From a virus: a stretch of 64,000 nt of DNA. The notes under the pieces were generated by a model. The model was not told the DNA's origin. It did not search any database and saw nothing but the letters and a program-made list of their open reading frames with translations. Both the position numbers and the translations under genes were made by a program. Positions within the stretch are counted from its first letter, which is position 1, and every line of letters starts with the position of its first letter. Below are positions 43,582 to 52,525 of this stretch, one piece after another. Where the stretch lies: positions 3,793 to 67,792 of IMG/VR virus record IMGVR_UViG_3300022743_000004. One strand, given 5' to 3'.

Positions 43582-45729
43582 ATGCCAATCAACACCGAAC
43601 TAGCCAAGAAAATCTGGACCCGGTACGCGTGGGCTCGTGACAACGGGCACAGCAAGTATGTCGAGAAGGCCGAGAAGTGTGACCGCTTCTTCCTCGGGGA
43701 CCAGTGGGACGCCACCGACAAGGCGCGGCTTGAGCTGAGCCGCCGTCCGGCGCTGACGATTAACAAGATTCTGCCCACGGTGTCCAACATCATGGGCGAG
43801 CAGATTCAGGCCCGTGCCGAGACCAGCTTCCGTCCGCGCGCCGGGGCACCTGCCGAGACCGCCGACGTGTTGAACAAGGTCTACAAGCAGATCATGGACA
43901 ACAACCAGATGGCCTGGAAGCGCAGCGACATGTTCGCCGACGGGATCATCACCAGTCGCGGCTTCTTGGACGTGCGGATTGACTACACCGACTCCATGGA
44001 GGGCGAGGTCCGTATTGACCTGATGAACTCCAAGAACGTGATCATTGACCCGGATGGCGAGGAGTACGACCCCGACACCTGGAACGAGGTTCACACCACC
44101 AAGTGGGTCACCGCCGACGACATCGCTGTGTTGTACAGCAAGGAAGACGCCGAGCTGCTGCGCAACCGCGACCAGAGCTACTTCCCCTACGGCTACGACT
44201 CCATACAGGCCTACCGTGACCGCTTCGGTGACCGTTTTAACCCGATGTACACGGGCGACTACGACAACAGCAGTGTGATGCGCAACATCCGCATCATTGA
44301 CCGTCAGTACCGCATGTTGGACCGCCAGAAGCACTTCGTGTCCAAGGACGGCGACACCCGCCCCATCCCTGAAGAGTTTGACCGCAACCGCATCGCCATG
44401 TTCGTGGACCGCTTCGGCTTCTCCGTGACAACCAAACTGGTGCGCCGCATCCGCTGGACGGTGATCGCTGACAACGTGGTGCTGCACGACGACTGGTCGC
44501 CGTACAAGCACTTCACCATCGTGCCTTTCTTCCCCCACTTCCGTCGCGGCACCACCATCGGCCTCGTGGAGAACCTTATCGGTTCGCAAGAGCTGCTGAA
44601 CAAGGTCACCAGCCAGGAGCTGCACGTTGTGAACACCACTGCGAACAGCGGCTACAAGGTGAAGGCCGGTGCGCTGTCCAACATGACCGTGCAGGAGCTG
44701 GAGGAGAAGGGCGCTCAGACAGGCCTCGTGATCGAGGTGAACGGGGACCCAGACAAAGATGTCCAGAAGATTGCACCGAATCAAGTACCCCAAGGACTGG
44801 ATCGCATCAGCTACAAAGCCGAAGAGCACGTCAAGACCATCAGCGGAGTCTCCGACTCCATGCAGGGCATGGACCGCGCCGACGTTGCCGCTAAAGCTAT
44901 CCAGCAGAAGCGTCAGGCCGGTTCTACTAATCTGGTTAAGCCGCTGGACAACCTGACCCGTACCGACTACATCCTGGCCCGCAACGTGTTGGACCTCGTG
45001 CAAGAGTTCTACACCGAAGAGCGCTTGATGACCATCACCAACAACCAGACCACGGGTGAGTCGGAGACGTTCAGCATTAACCAGGTCACTCCCGAAGGCA
45101 CCGTCGTGAACGACCTGACCCTTGGCGAGTACGACATCACCATCACATCCGTCCCAGCCCGCGAGAGCTTGGAGGACAGCCAGTTTGAGCAGGCCGTGGC
45201 CATGCGTGAGGCTGGCATCGCCCTCCCAGACAGCGTACTGATCGACGCCAGCCGCTTGATGAACAAGAAAGACATCATCAAGCAGATGCAGGGCGACCAG
45301 GAGAGCCCCGAAGCGCAGATGCAGCGTGAGTTGCAGCAGCGTGGTCAGGCGGCTGAGGTGGCCAAGGCAGAGGGCGAGGCTGCACAGAAGCACGCCGACG
45401 CCGGACTGAAGCAAGCAAAGACCCAAGAGACCGTCGTGAACACCCAGATCGCCGCTCAGGGCGAGCCGGACGACGGCACGGGTCAGGCAGAACTCCAACT
45501 GAAGGGCGCACAAGCCTCGCACGAAGCGGACCTGAAGGAACGCCAGTTCGAGCATGACCGTCAGATGGACTTCATGGACATAGGCCTGCGCCGCGAAGAG
45601 GCGGCTAACAACGCCCAGCTCAAGGCGCAGGATATGGCAGAGAAGCGCGATATGCAACGCGTGGAGCAAGCACGCATGGCTGCGGCAGCAGTCGAGCGCC
45701 CAACAGCGCAAAACGGAGCACCAAAATGA
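43582..45729 (+). CDS. Portal protein (P22-like with coiled-coil C-terminus)
   Basis: F..GDQW, RPALTINKI, GLVENLI..Q..LNK, G.YDI motifs; position after terL. Confidence 0.9.
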   Translation: MPINTELAKKIWTRYAWARDNGHSKYVEKAEKCDRFFLGDQWDATDKARLELSRRPALTINKILPTVSNIMGEQIQARAETSFRPRAGAPAETADVLNKVYKQIMDNNQMAWKRSDMFADGIITSRGFLDVRIDYTDSMEGEVRIDLMNSKNVIIDPDGEEYDPDTWNEVHTTKWVTADDIAVLYSKEDAELLRNRDQSYFPYGYDSIQAYRDRFGDRFNPMYTGDYDNSSVMRNIRIIDRQYRMLDRQKHFVSKDGDTRPIPEEFDRNRIAMFVDRFGFSVTTKLVRRIRWTVIADNVVLHDDWSPYKHFTIVPFFPHFRRGTTIGLVENLIGSQELLNKVTSQELHVVNTTANSGYKVKAGALSNMTVQELEEKGAQTGLVIEVNGDPDKDVQKIAPNQVPQGLDRISYKAEEHVKTISGVSDSMQGMDRADVAAKAIQQKRQAGSTNLVKPLDNLTRTDYILARNVLDLVQEFYTEERLMTITNNQTTGESETFSINQVTPEGTVVNDLTLGEYDITITSVPARESLEDSQFEQAVAMREAGIALPDSVLIDASRLMNKKDIIKQMQGDQESPEAQMQRELQQRGQAAEVAKAEGEAAQKHADAGLKQAKTQETVVNTQIAAQGEPDDGTGQAELQLKGAQASHEADLKERQFEHDRQMDFMDIGLRREEAANNAQLKAQDMAEKRDMQRVEQARMAAAAVERPTAQNGAPK

Positions 45730-46783
45730 AATTGAAAAAGTTCTTCTCTCGCTACATGAAGCCCGCCGGTGAAGCCGACGGCGGCGGCGGCACCATTGAC
45801 CGTGGTGACAGCTTCACCCCTACCGGCGAGGGCGCCGAGGGCGCGCAAGACGCGCTGTCCAAAGCTGAGCGCGAAGCCGAGGCCCGCGCTGATGCCGAGG
45901 CTGCGGCCAAGAAGAAGCCGGACGCCGCTGCGGACGACACCGACGTGGACCCTGAGAACCCCGACGCTGACGACGCGGACGCTGATGCCGATGCCGACGC
46001 GGACAAGGCCAAACGCAAGGACTCACGCATCCCGTTGAGCCGCCACAAGGACATCCTGGCTCGTGAGCGTGCTGCGCGCGAAGCCGCTGAAGAGCGCTTG
46101 GCCAATTACGAGAAGGGCAAGCAGGTTGCGGCCATCAACAGCGACATCTCCGAGCTGGAGAACACGGTGCTGGCCTTGGAGAAGGAATACACAAGTTGCT
46201 GGCTGAGGGCGAGATCGACAAGGCCACCGAGAAGATGCGCGATATTCGCGGTGCCGAGCGCCTTATCAACGACGCCAAGAACGAGTACCGCACCACCATC
46301 GCTATCGCCCAAGCCACTGAGCAGGCGCGCTACGACTCTGCTCTGGAGCGCATTGAAGCTGCGTACCCGAAGATCAACCAAGACCACGACGACTTCGACA
46401 AGGCCACCCTCGGCGAAGTGGTGGAGTGGAAAATTTTCTATGAGAAGCAGCGCAACATGACCCCGACCAAGGCTCTGCAGGCTGCAGTGACCAAGATCAT
46501 GGGCGCTGGCACCAATGCCCAGGAACGCGCCACTACCGTGGCACCCAAGGTGGACGCAGAAGAGGTCGCCAAGGACGTAGCCAAGGAGCGCAAGGCCGCT
46601 GCAGTGAAGAAGAACGTGGACGCCGCGTCCAAGACGCCTGCCAGTACCGCCAAGGTCGGCATGGACAGTGACAAGGCCGGTGGCTCTCTCACCGCTAAAG
46701 ACGTGATGAAGATGTCTCAGGACGACTTCAAGAAATTGCCCGACGACGTGCTCGCACGTATGCGCGGCGACACATTCGCTTAA
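45726..46783 (+). CDS. Capsid scaffolding protein, split by a -1 frameshift near 46192
   Basis: Acidic N-terminus, IPLSR, coiled coil; continues in the second frame to LARMRGDTFA; lies between portal and capsid. Confidence 0.75.
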
Positions 46784-46798
46784 CCAAGGAGAATCAAA

Positions 46799-47017
46799 AT
46801 GACAGTACGAGCTAAATTCAAGGTCGAGTCCGTTACTCAAGACACCAACGGACACAGCGTCCGCTTGATACCCGTAACCAGCGGCAGTGTGGAGAACGAA
46901 GCGTTCTTCAAGTGGACGCCAGGGGGTGAGATCAAGATCAGCACGATCAACGCAGAAGCAGCCAAAGAGTTCGTTCCTGGTAAGCAGTTCTACGTGGACT
47001 TCACGGAGGCCGCATGA
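46799..47017 (+). CDS. Conserved small phage protein
   Basis: VRAKF, EN..F.KWTP.G, F.PGK.FYVDF; AAGGAG Shine-Dalgarno. Confidence 0.7.
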   Translation: MTVRAKFKVESVTQDTNGHSVRLIPVTSGSVENEAFFKWTPGGEIKISTINAEAAKEFVPGKQFYVDFTEAA

Positions 47018-47343
47018 ACCACATCACATCACCCCGCACTGACGACGATGCCGTCGAGCAGATGATCAAGGCCAAGGGCTTGGTCGCGCCCCGCGTCACG
47101 CCACAGGACCTGAACGACAACATCACCGATGTCGAGATCGTGAAGCACGTCTCTCGCGGCGGGCAGGTCCTACGCTGGGCCGTACTGACCACCAAGAGCG
47201 GGTACGCCGTGGTGGGCAACCCCTCGGTGGCTGTGTCGCCAGAGAACGACGATGAAGAAGTCGGTAAAAAGGTGGCTTTCGAGAACTCGAAGAACGCCTT
47301 GTGGCCTCTCATGGGCTACGCACTGAAGGAGAAGCTGGCATGA
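47014..47343 (+). CDS. Phage_gp49_66-family protein (possible nucleotide sponge)
   Basis: PRVT, L...SG..VVG, VSPEN.D.E.G...A..N....LW.L.GY.LKE. Confidence 0.7.
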   Translation: MNHITSPRTDDDAVEQMIKAKGLVAPRVTPQDLNDNITDVEIVKHVSRGGQVLRWAVLTTKSGYAVVGNPSVAVSPENDDEEVGKKVAFENSKNALWPLMGYALKEKLA

Positions 47344-47699
47344 AAAGCATGACCCACTCCATCGCCCGCGTCTGCCACGAGGTGAACGCGGCCTACTGCG
47401 CCGGTATCGGCGACAACACACAGCCTCTTTGGGAAGACGCGCCACAGTGGCAGAAGGACAGCGCCATTGCGGGCGTCGAGCTGCACTTGGCCAACCCTAA
47501 CCTGGGCGTGGACGCCAGCCACCAAGCGTGGCTTGAGCACAAGCGCGCCGAGGGTTGGACCTACGGCCCTATTAAGGACCCTGAGAAGAAAGAGCACCCT
47601 TGCTTCGTACCCTACGCCGACCTGCCACAAGCACAGAAGGTGAAGGATTTCCTGTTTCGCGGTGTAGTACACGCCATCGCGCGCGAGATGGCACGCTGA
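47340..47699 (+). CDS. RyR-domain protein
   Basis: H..W...K..EGWTYG..KD...K.HPC.VPY..LP..QK.KD. Confidence 0.8.
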   Translation: MKSMTHSIARVCHEVNAAYCAGIGDNTQPLWEDAPQWQKDSAIAGVELHLANPNLGVDASHQAWLEHKRAEGWTYGPIKDPEKKEHPCFVPYADLPQAQKVKDFLFRGVVHAIAREMAR

Positions 47700-47741
47700 G
47701 AGCCACGTAGTTTGTCTCCCTACGTGGTGTGCCATGTTTAA

Positions 47742-47775
47742 GCCCACGGACCCAAAAGGTCCGTGGGTCTTTTTC
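47742..47775 (+). terminator. Intrinsic terminator
   Basis: GCCCACGGACC-CAAAA-GGTCCGTGGGT followed by CTTTTT. Confidence 0.8.
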
Positions 47776-47922
47776 AAACTTTCAATCTTCGATCTAATTT
47801 AGAGTACACTCCGCATATTCGGTTTAGGTAAGGTCACGACAGCACCTACCACTCTCGCTTGTCGGGGCGATATTCGGCGTTGGGTTATCTATTCTCTAAC
47901 TTCGATTAAAGGAGGTGGCAAC

Positions 47923-49035
47923 GTGTCACTAACTAACTTCGGCTTGCTGACCAGCGAGCAAAAGACCGTTTGGTCTATGGACCTGTGGAAGCAGGCCCGC
48001 AACATGTCCTTCGTGAACAAATTCTTGGGCAAGGGTCCCAACAGCATGGTTCAGCACATCACTGAACTGAAGAAGACCGAGAAGGGCGCACGCGCCGTGA
48101 TCACTTTGCTGGCTGACCTGACTGGCGACGGTGTTGCCGGTGACCGCACCTTGGAAGGTAACGAAGAAGGCATGCAAACCTTCGACCAGGTGATTCGCAT
48201 CGACCAACTGCGTCATGCCAACCGCCACGAAGGCCGCATGGCCGACCAGAAGTCCGTCGTCGAGTTCCGTGGCAACAGCCGCGACGTCCTCGCCTACTGG
48301 CTGGCTGACCGTATCGACCAGATGGCGTTCCTGACGCTGGCTGGCCGCAGCTACGCTTTCAAGAACAACGGCGCTCCCCGTGTGGGCTCTGACCTCCAGT
48401 TCTTGGAGTTCGCTGCCGACGTGACAGCACCATCCAACGCACGCCGCTTGCGCTGGGACTCCGTGGGCAAGACCCTCGTGTCCAACGCCGCGTCGTCCGC
48501 TGTGATCGCCGCCGACACCCCCACCTGGAACTTGTTTGTCCAGCTCAAGGCCTATGCCAAAGACCGCTACATCCGTGGCGTGACCGGCGAGGGCGGCGAG
48601 GAGACTTACCACGCGTTCCTGACACCCCAGGCCATGGCTAAGCTGAAGATGGACCCTGACTACATGGCCAACTTGCGCTACAGCACGTCGTCCAACGTCA
48701 ATGACAAGTTGTTCAGCGGTTCCACCGTGAAGATCGACGGCATCTACTTGCACGAGTTCCGTCACGTACCCAACACCACTGGCGCTGCCTCTGGTTCCAA
48801 GTACGGCGGCACTGGCACTGTGGACGGTTGCCAAATCCTGTTCTGTGGCGCTCAAGCCATGGGCATGGCCGACATCGGTGCTCCTGAGTGGAACGAAAAG
48901 GGCTTCGACTACGACAACCAACAGGGCATCTCTGTGGGCAAGATCGCCGGTTTCTTGAAACCCAAGTTCGGCAACATCTACGAGAACGGCGCTGTCGAAG
49001 ACTTCGGCGTGCTGTCTTGCTACACCGCTCAATAA
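47923..49035 (+). CDS. Major capsid protein (DUF4043/N4-gp56-like)
   Basis: AAAGGAGG Shine-Dalgarno; GD..LEGNEE, IDQLRH, GAQA, DY.NQ, DFGV motifs; biased codon usage. Confidence 0.88.
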   Translation: MSLTNFGLLTSEQKTVWSMDLWKQARNMSFVNKFLGKGPNSMVQHITELKKTEKGARAVITLLADLTGDGVAGDRTLEGNEEGMQTFDQVIRIDQLRHANRHEGRMADQKSVVEFRGNSRDVLAYWLADRIDQMAFLTLAGRSYAFKNNGAPRVGSDLQFLEFAADVTAPSNARRLRWDSVGKTLVSNAASSAVIAADTPTWNLFVQLKAYAKDRYIRGVTGEGGEETYHAFLTPQAMAKLKMDPDYMANLRYSTSSNVNDKLFSGSTVKIDGIYLHEFRHVPNTTGAASGSKYGGTGTVDGCQILFCGAQAMGMADIGAPEWNEKGFDYDNQQGISVGKIAGFLKPKFGNIYENGAVEDFGVLSCYTAQ

Positions 49036-49049
49036 GGAGGTAACACACC

Positions 49050-49556
49050 ATGAGCAAACTCCTAGCAACCCGTGGCGTCCAGCGCAATTTGGTCGCCGAG
49101 TTCGTCTTCAACTACAACGACTGGGCCACAGACTCTGTGTCCCAAGTGAAGACGACCTTCGGCTCCACCGCCGCTGTGGCAGACCCTTCGTCCGCTGTGT
49201 CCGGCCTGACAGCCGGTACAGGTATCGTCTTTGACTGCATCCCTATGCCCGTGGGTGCTGTGATTACTGGTGGTGCTGTGATCGTCGAGACCGCGTTCGT
49301 CGGTATCGGCGTAGCCGCTCTCCTGAACGTGGGTATCGCGGGCAACACCTCTGCCCTGATCTCCGCTCTGGACTTGGACGCAGCCGCAGCCGGATCGCGT
49401 ACTCCGCTGATCCTGACTGCACCTCTGCTGTGCAACAACGGTCAGAACATCCGTCTGACCACTTCCGGCCTCACAGCCACTGCCACCGCAGGTAAGGTCC
49501 GCGTCCGCGTGGACTACACCATCGACGGCAAGCAAGACGAAGTTGTCACGACCTAA
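49050..49556 (+). CDS. Capsid-associated/decoration protein
   Basis: Follows the capsid gene with a strong Shine-Dalgarno; beta-rich. Confidence 0.6.
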   Translation: MSKLLATRGVQRNLVAEFVFNYNDWATDSVSQVKTTFGSTAAVADPSSAVSGLTAGTGIVFDCIPMPVGAVITGGAVIVETAFVGIGVAALLNVGIAGNTSALISALDLDAAAAGSRTPLILTAPLLCNNGQNIRLTTSGLTATATAGKVRVRVDYTIDGKQDEVVTT

Positions 49557-49567
49557 GTGACCTGAGT

Positions 49568-49593
49568 GAACGGGGCTTCGGCCCCGTTCTTCC
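49568..49593 (+). terminator. Terminator hairpin with UUCG loop
   Basis: GAACGGGGC-TTCG-GCCCCGTTC followed by TT. Confidence 0.7.
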
Positions 49594-49617
49594 ATCCACC
49601 CCACGGAGAACCTAAAA

Positions 49618-49995
49618 ATGAAATTTGTGATGCACCGCAATCGCACCATCGCGTCCACCAGTGGCCACACTGTTGAGTTCGTGAAGGGTGAACTTACCCA
49701 CGTCCCTCCTTCGATGTACGAAGAAGTCATGTCGGCTGGCGCTGTGCCAGAGACCGAGCTGGACCTGGAACCCAAGACCGGCGACGAAGTGGTCGAGCCC
49801 ACTGATCCGTCCGCCCGCCAACAAGCTATTTTTGAAGCCTTCGAGACGGTGACTCTGCGCGGCAAGCGCGAAGACTTCACCGCTGCAGGCTCGCCCCACG
49901 CCAAGGTGCTGTCCACGATCCTGGGCTGGACTGTGCAGAACAAGGAACGCGACGCCGCCTGGACCGCGTTCAAAACCAAATCTGGTGACGAGTAA
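49618..49995 (+). CDS. Hypothetical morphogenesis protein
   Basis: GGAG Shine-Dalgarno; position. Confidence 0.6.
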   Translation: MKFVMHRNRTIASTSGHTVEFVKGELTHVPPSMYEEVMSAGAVPETELDLEPKTGDEVVEPTDPSARQQAIFEAFETVTLRGKREDFTAAGSPHAKVLSTILGWTVQNKERDAAWTAFKTKSGDE

Positions 49996-49998
49996 TCC

Positions 49999-50637
49999 AT
50001 GAACACGACAGAACTGCTTGCGGACTTGCGCACGGAGTTGTTTGACTCCGTGGCCCCGTACTTCTGGTCGGACGGGACGCTGTACAAGTACATCGACGAC
50101 GCCCAGAAGCAGTTCTGCCGCCTCACCTACGGCATCGAAGATGCCCGCAGCTTCAAGCTGAAGGTCGTACCTGACACCGAGTGGTACAAGTACGACCCCT
50201 CCATTCTGAAAGTGCGCAGCGTCGTGGACGCTGCCACTGGCCGCGACGTCCCTCTGGTCCCCGTCGAGAAGATGGCGTCCATGAACTTGCGCTTCGACGG
50301 GCTCAAGGCACCCATCCGCAATCTGATCACCGGCTTGGAGAAGGGCAGCTTCCGCGCCCACCCCATGCCCAGCGTCGCGGCGACCTTGGATATGCGCGTC
50401 TTCCGTCTGTCCAACACCGTGGGTGCTGGCGACGACTTCGAGATCGACGAGCAGCACCACATATTCCTCATGCTTTGGTGCAAGCACCGCGCCTACGGCG
50501 TGCAGGACGCCGACACATACGACGCGAAGAAGGCCGCTGAGTACCAAGAGAAATTCGAGCGCTACTGCGCTGCTGCCAAGGTCGAGCAGAGTCGCTTGAT
50601 GCACTCTGCCGGTGCTGTGGTCTATGGAGGCATCTGA
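49999..50637 (+). CDS. Head-tail adaptor protein
   Basis: R..L.D....FWSD..L..YI..AQ...C pattern of adaptors. Confidence 0.7.
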   Translation: MNTTELLADLRTELFDSVAPYFWSDGTLYKYIDDAQKQFCRLTYGIEDARSFKLKVVPDTEWYKYDPSILKVRSVVDAATGRDVPLVPVEKMASMNLRFDGLKAPIRNLITGLEKGSFRAHPMPSVAATLDMRVFRLSNTVGAGDDFEIDEQHHIFLMLWCKHRAYGVQDADTYDAKKAAEYQEKFERYCAAAKVEQSRLMHSAGAVVYGGI

Positions 50638-50906
50638 TGGCGCTCAAGAAAGACCCTAACGCGGTCCTCGACTACACATTTGACTGGGGGCCATATCTGA
50701 CCCCCCTCAACGACACCATCCAGACAGTGACGTGGATCACGTCTGCAGGGATCACGAAGGTGTCCCAGTCCAACACGGCTGTCACTGCCACTGCATTTGT
50801 CAGCGGCGGCGTGCTCGGCGAGAAAGAAACCCTGACCTGCCGCATCACGACCAGCGGCGGTCGTACAGATGACAGGTCGGTGACTTTGCAAATCGTTGAA
50901 CGTTAA
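50637..50906 (+). CDS. Small tail/fibre adaptor protein
   Basis: KDP.AVLDY.FDW, SGG..G, T..GR.D.RS. Confidence 0.65.
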   Translation: MALKKDPNAVLDYTFDWGPYLTPLNDTIQTVTWITSAGITKVSQSNTAVTATAFVSGGVLGEKETLTCRITTSGGRTDDRSVTLQIVER

Positions 50907-50917
50907 GGAGTTGAATC

Positions 50918-51388
50918 ATGGCAGCTATGTCTGACTTTCTGGAAAACAAACTGCTGGACTTCTTGTTCCGTGGTCAAGCACTTGGTATCACCGGGGCGTC
51001 CGCAGCCGCTGGCTCTGGCCCGACCAGCCTGTACATCGGGCTCTACACGGCCAACCCGACGGACGTGGCGGGTGGCACTGAGGTGACCGGCAACGCGTAT
51101 GCCCGCGTGGCGCTGACCAGCACCCTGGCTAACTGGGCCGGTACACAGGCTGCGGCCTCCACTACTGCGTCGTCTGGTACTGGCGGCACCACAAGCAACA
51201 ACGCAGTTATCACGTTCCCGACGCCTACCCCGGCTGGCTGGGGCACTGTGACCGGCTTCGGCATCTTCGACGCAGCCTCGGGCGGTAACCTGTTGGTTTG
51301 GTCCGCACTGACTGCTTCCAAGGTCATCAACGCCTCGGACACTGTGAGCTTCCCGGCATCTACCCTGTCCTTCCAAATCGACAACTAA
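50918..51388 (+). CDS. Tail-associated structural protein
   Basis: SDFLENKLLD, GTEVTG..YARV, I.FP, WG.V..F.I.DA..GGN. Confidence 0.7.
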   Translation: MAAMSDFLENKLLDFLFRGQALGITGASAAAGSGPTSLYIGLYTANPTDVAGGTEVTGNAYARVALTSTLANWAGTQAAASTTASSGTGGTTSNNAVITFPTPTPAGWGTVTGFGIFDAASGGNLLVWSALTASKVINASDTVSFPASTLSFQIDN

Positions 51389-51405
51389 ACCGTAGGAGCA
51401 CCGCC

Positions 51406-52365
51406 ATGGGCGTTAAGCACAAGTTCGTCAGTGCCCAAGCCGATGGCGGCGATGCCTCCCTCGTCCGCCCGAGCAACTGGAACGACGACCACATCATCGA
51501 CAACGTGGTTCCGGCGATACCTGCCGCGAACACCGTTGCTCTGTTCGGCAAGGTGCTCGGGAACACCCGCGTCTTGCCAGCGGCCATCGGCCCCAGTGGC
51601 ATGGACTACTCGCTGCAGCCTGCCATGTGGCGGCAGAAGATTGGCATGTTCTGCCCTTCTACCCAGGCCATTGCAGGTGTCCTGGGGGCGTCATTCACCA
51701 TGGTCGGCACTGCCACAACCCGGACACTGGCCTCTACCTCACGCTTCACGCGCATGCGCCGGTACGCATATGTGTCCGCAGCGACGGCGGGGGCGTTAGC
51801 GTCATTCCGTAATGGGGCGGTGCAGTTCTCCACTGGCACCGGCGGCTCAGCTTCTGCAGCCGACGGCGGGTTCTTCCAGTCTATCCGCTTTGCGGTCACC
51901 GACGCAGCGGCGGTCACTGGCGCACGTATGTTCCTGGGTGTGTCCGCCACCATCACGGCCCCTACCAACGTAGAGCCATCCACCCTGCTTAACAGCTTCG
52001 GCATTGGCCAGCTCAGCACGGACGCCACGCAGCTCTACCTCTTCTACGGCGGTAGCGCTGCGCAGACCCCCATACCGCTCGGTACAGGGTTCCCATGTAT
52101 CCAAGCCACTCCCGGCATCAACAACGGTATCCCCTACGACTTCATGATCTGGTGCCCACCCACCCAGAACGGAGTGGTGAACTGGGCGCTTGAGCGCATC
52201 GACACGGGGGCTGTGACGGGCGGGACGATCACTCCGGCCACCCCAGGTGTGCAGACCCCTTTGAGCACCACCATGCTCAACACGTTCGGCTACCGGACAA
52301 ACAACGCAACCGCCCTGGCAGTCGCACTGGACCTAATCAACATCTACACCGAGACGGACTACTGA
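51406..52365 (+). CDS. Tail fibre/receptor-binding-like protein
   Basis: HKFVS...D......VRPSNWN..H N-terminal attachment motif; beta-rich body. Confidence 0.6.
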   Translation: MGVKHKFVSAQADGGDASLVRPSNWNDDHIIDNVVPAIPAANTVALFGKVLGNTRVLPAAIGPSGMDYSLQPAMWRQKIGMFCPSTQAIAGVLGASFTMVGTATTRTLASTSRFTRMRRYAYVSAATAGALASFRNGAVQFSTGTGGSASAADGGFFQSIRFAVTDAAAVTGARMFLGVSATITAPTNVEPSTLLNSFGIGQLSTDATQLYLFYGGSAAQTPIPLGTGFPCIQATPGINNGIPYDFMIWCPPTQNGVVNWALERIDTGAVTGGTITPATPGVQTPLSTTMLNTFGYRTNNATALAVALDLINIYTETDY

Positions 52366-52366
52366 G

Positions 52367-52519
52367 ATGTACACACTGATCCTTGACGAAGGCATAGTGC
52401 TGGACGCAGCCGGTATACAAGTCGCCCTCTGCCAGTCCGCCGACGACCCGGCGTTCGTGGCGTACATCGCTTGGGTACACGCCGGAAACGAGCCGACGGT
52501 CATAGAGACGCGGGGGTAA
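52367..52519 (+). CDS. Small fibre-associated protein (50 aa)
   Basis: AY.AW..AGNEP motif; fills the gap. Confidence 0.5.
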   Translation: MYTLILDEGIVLDAAGIQVALCQSADDPAFVAYIAWVHAGNEPTVIETRG

Positions 52520-52525
52520 TACTCC

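Noticed and set aside
43600-45711. Long antisense ORFs (also 47929-49068, 59966-61495, 52552-53565)
   Set aside because: Mirror frames of strongly biased GC-rich genes, with no motifs of their own
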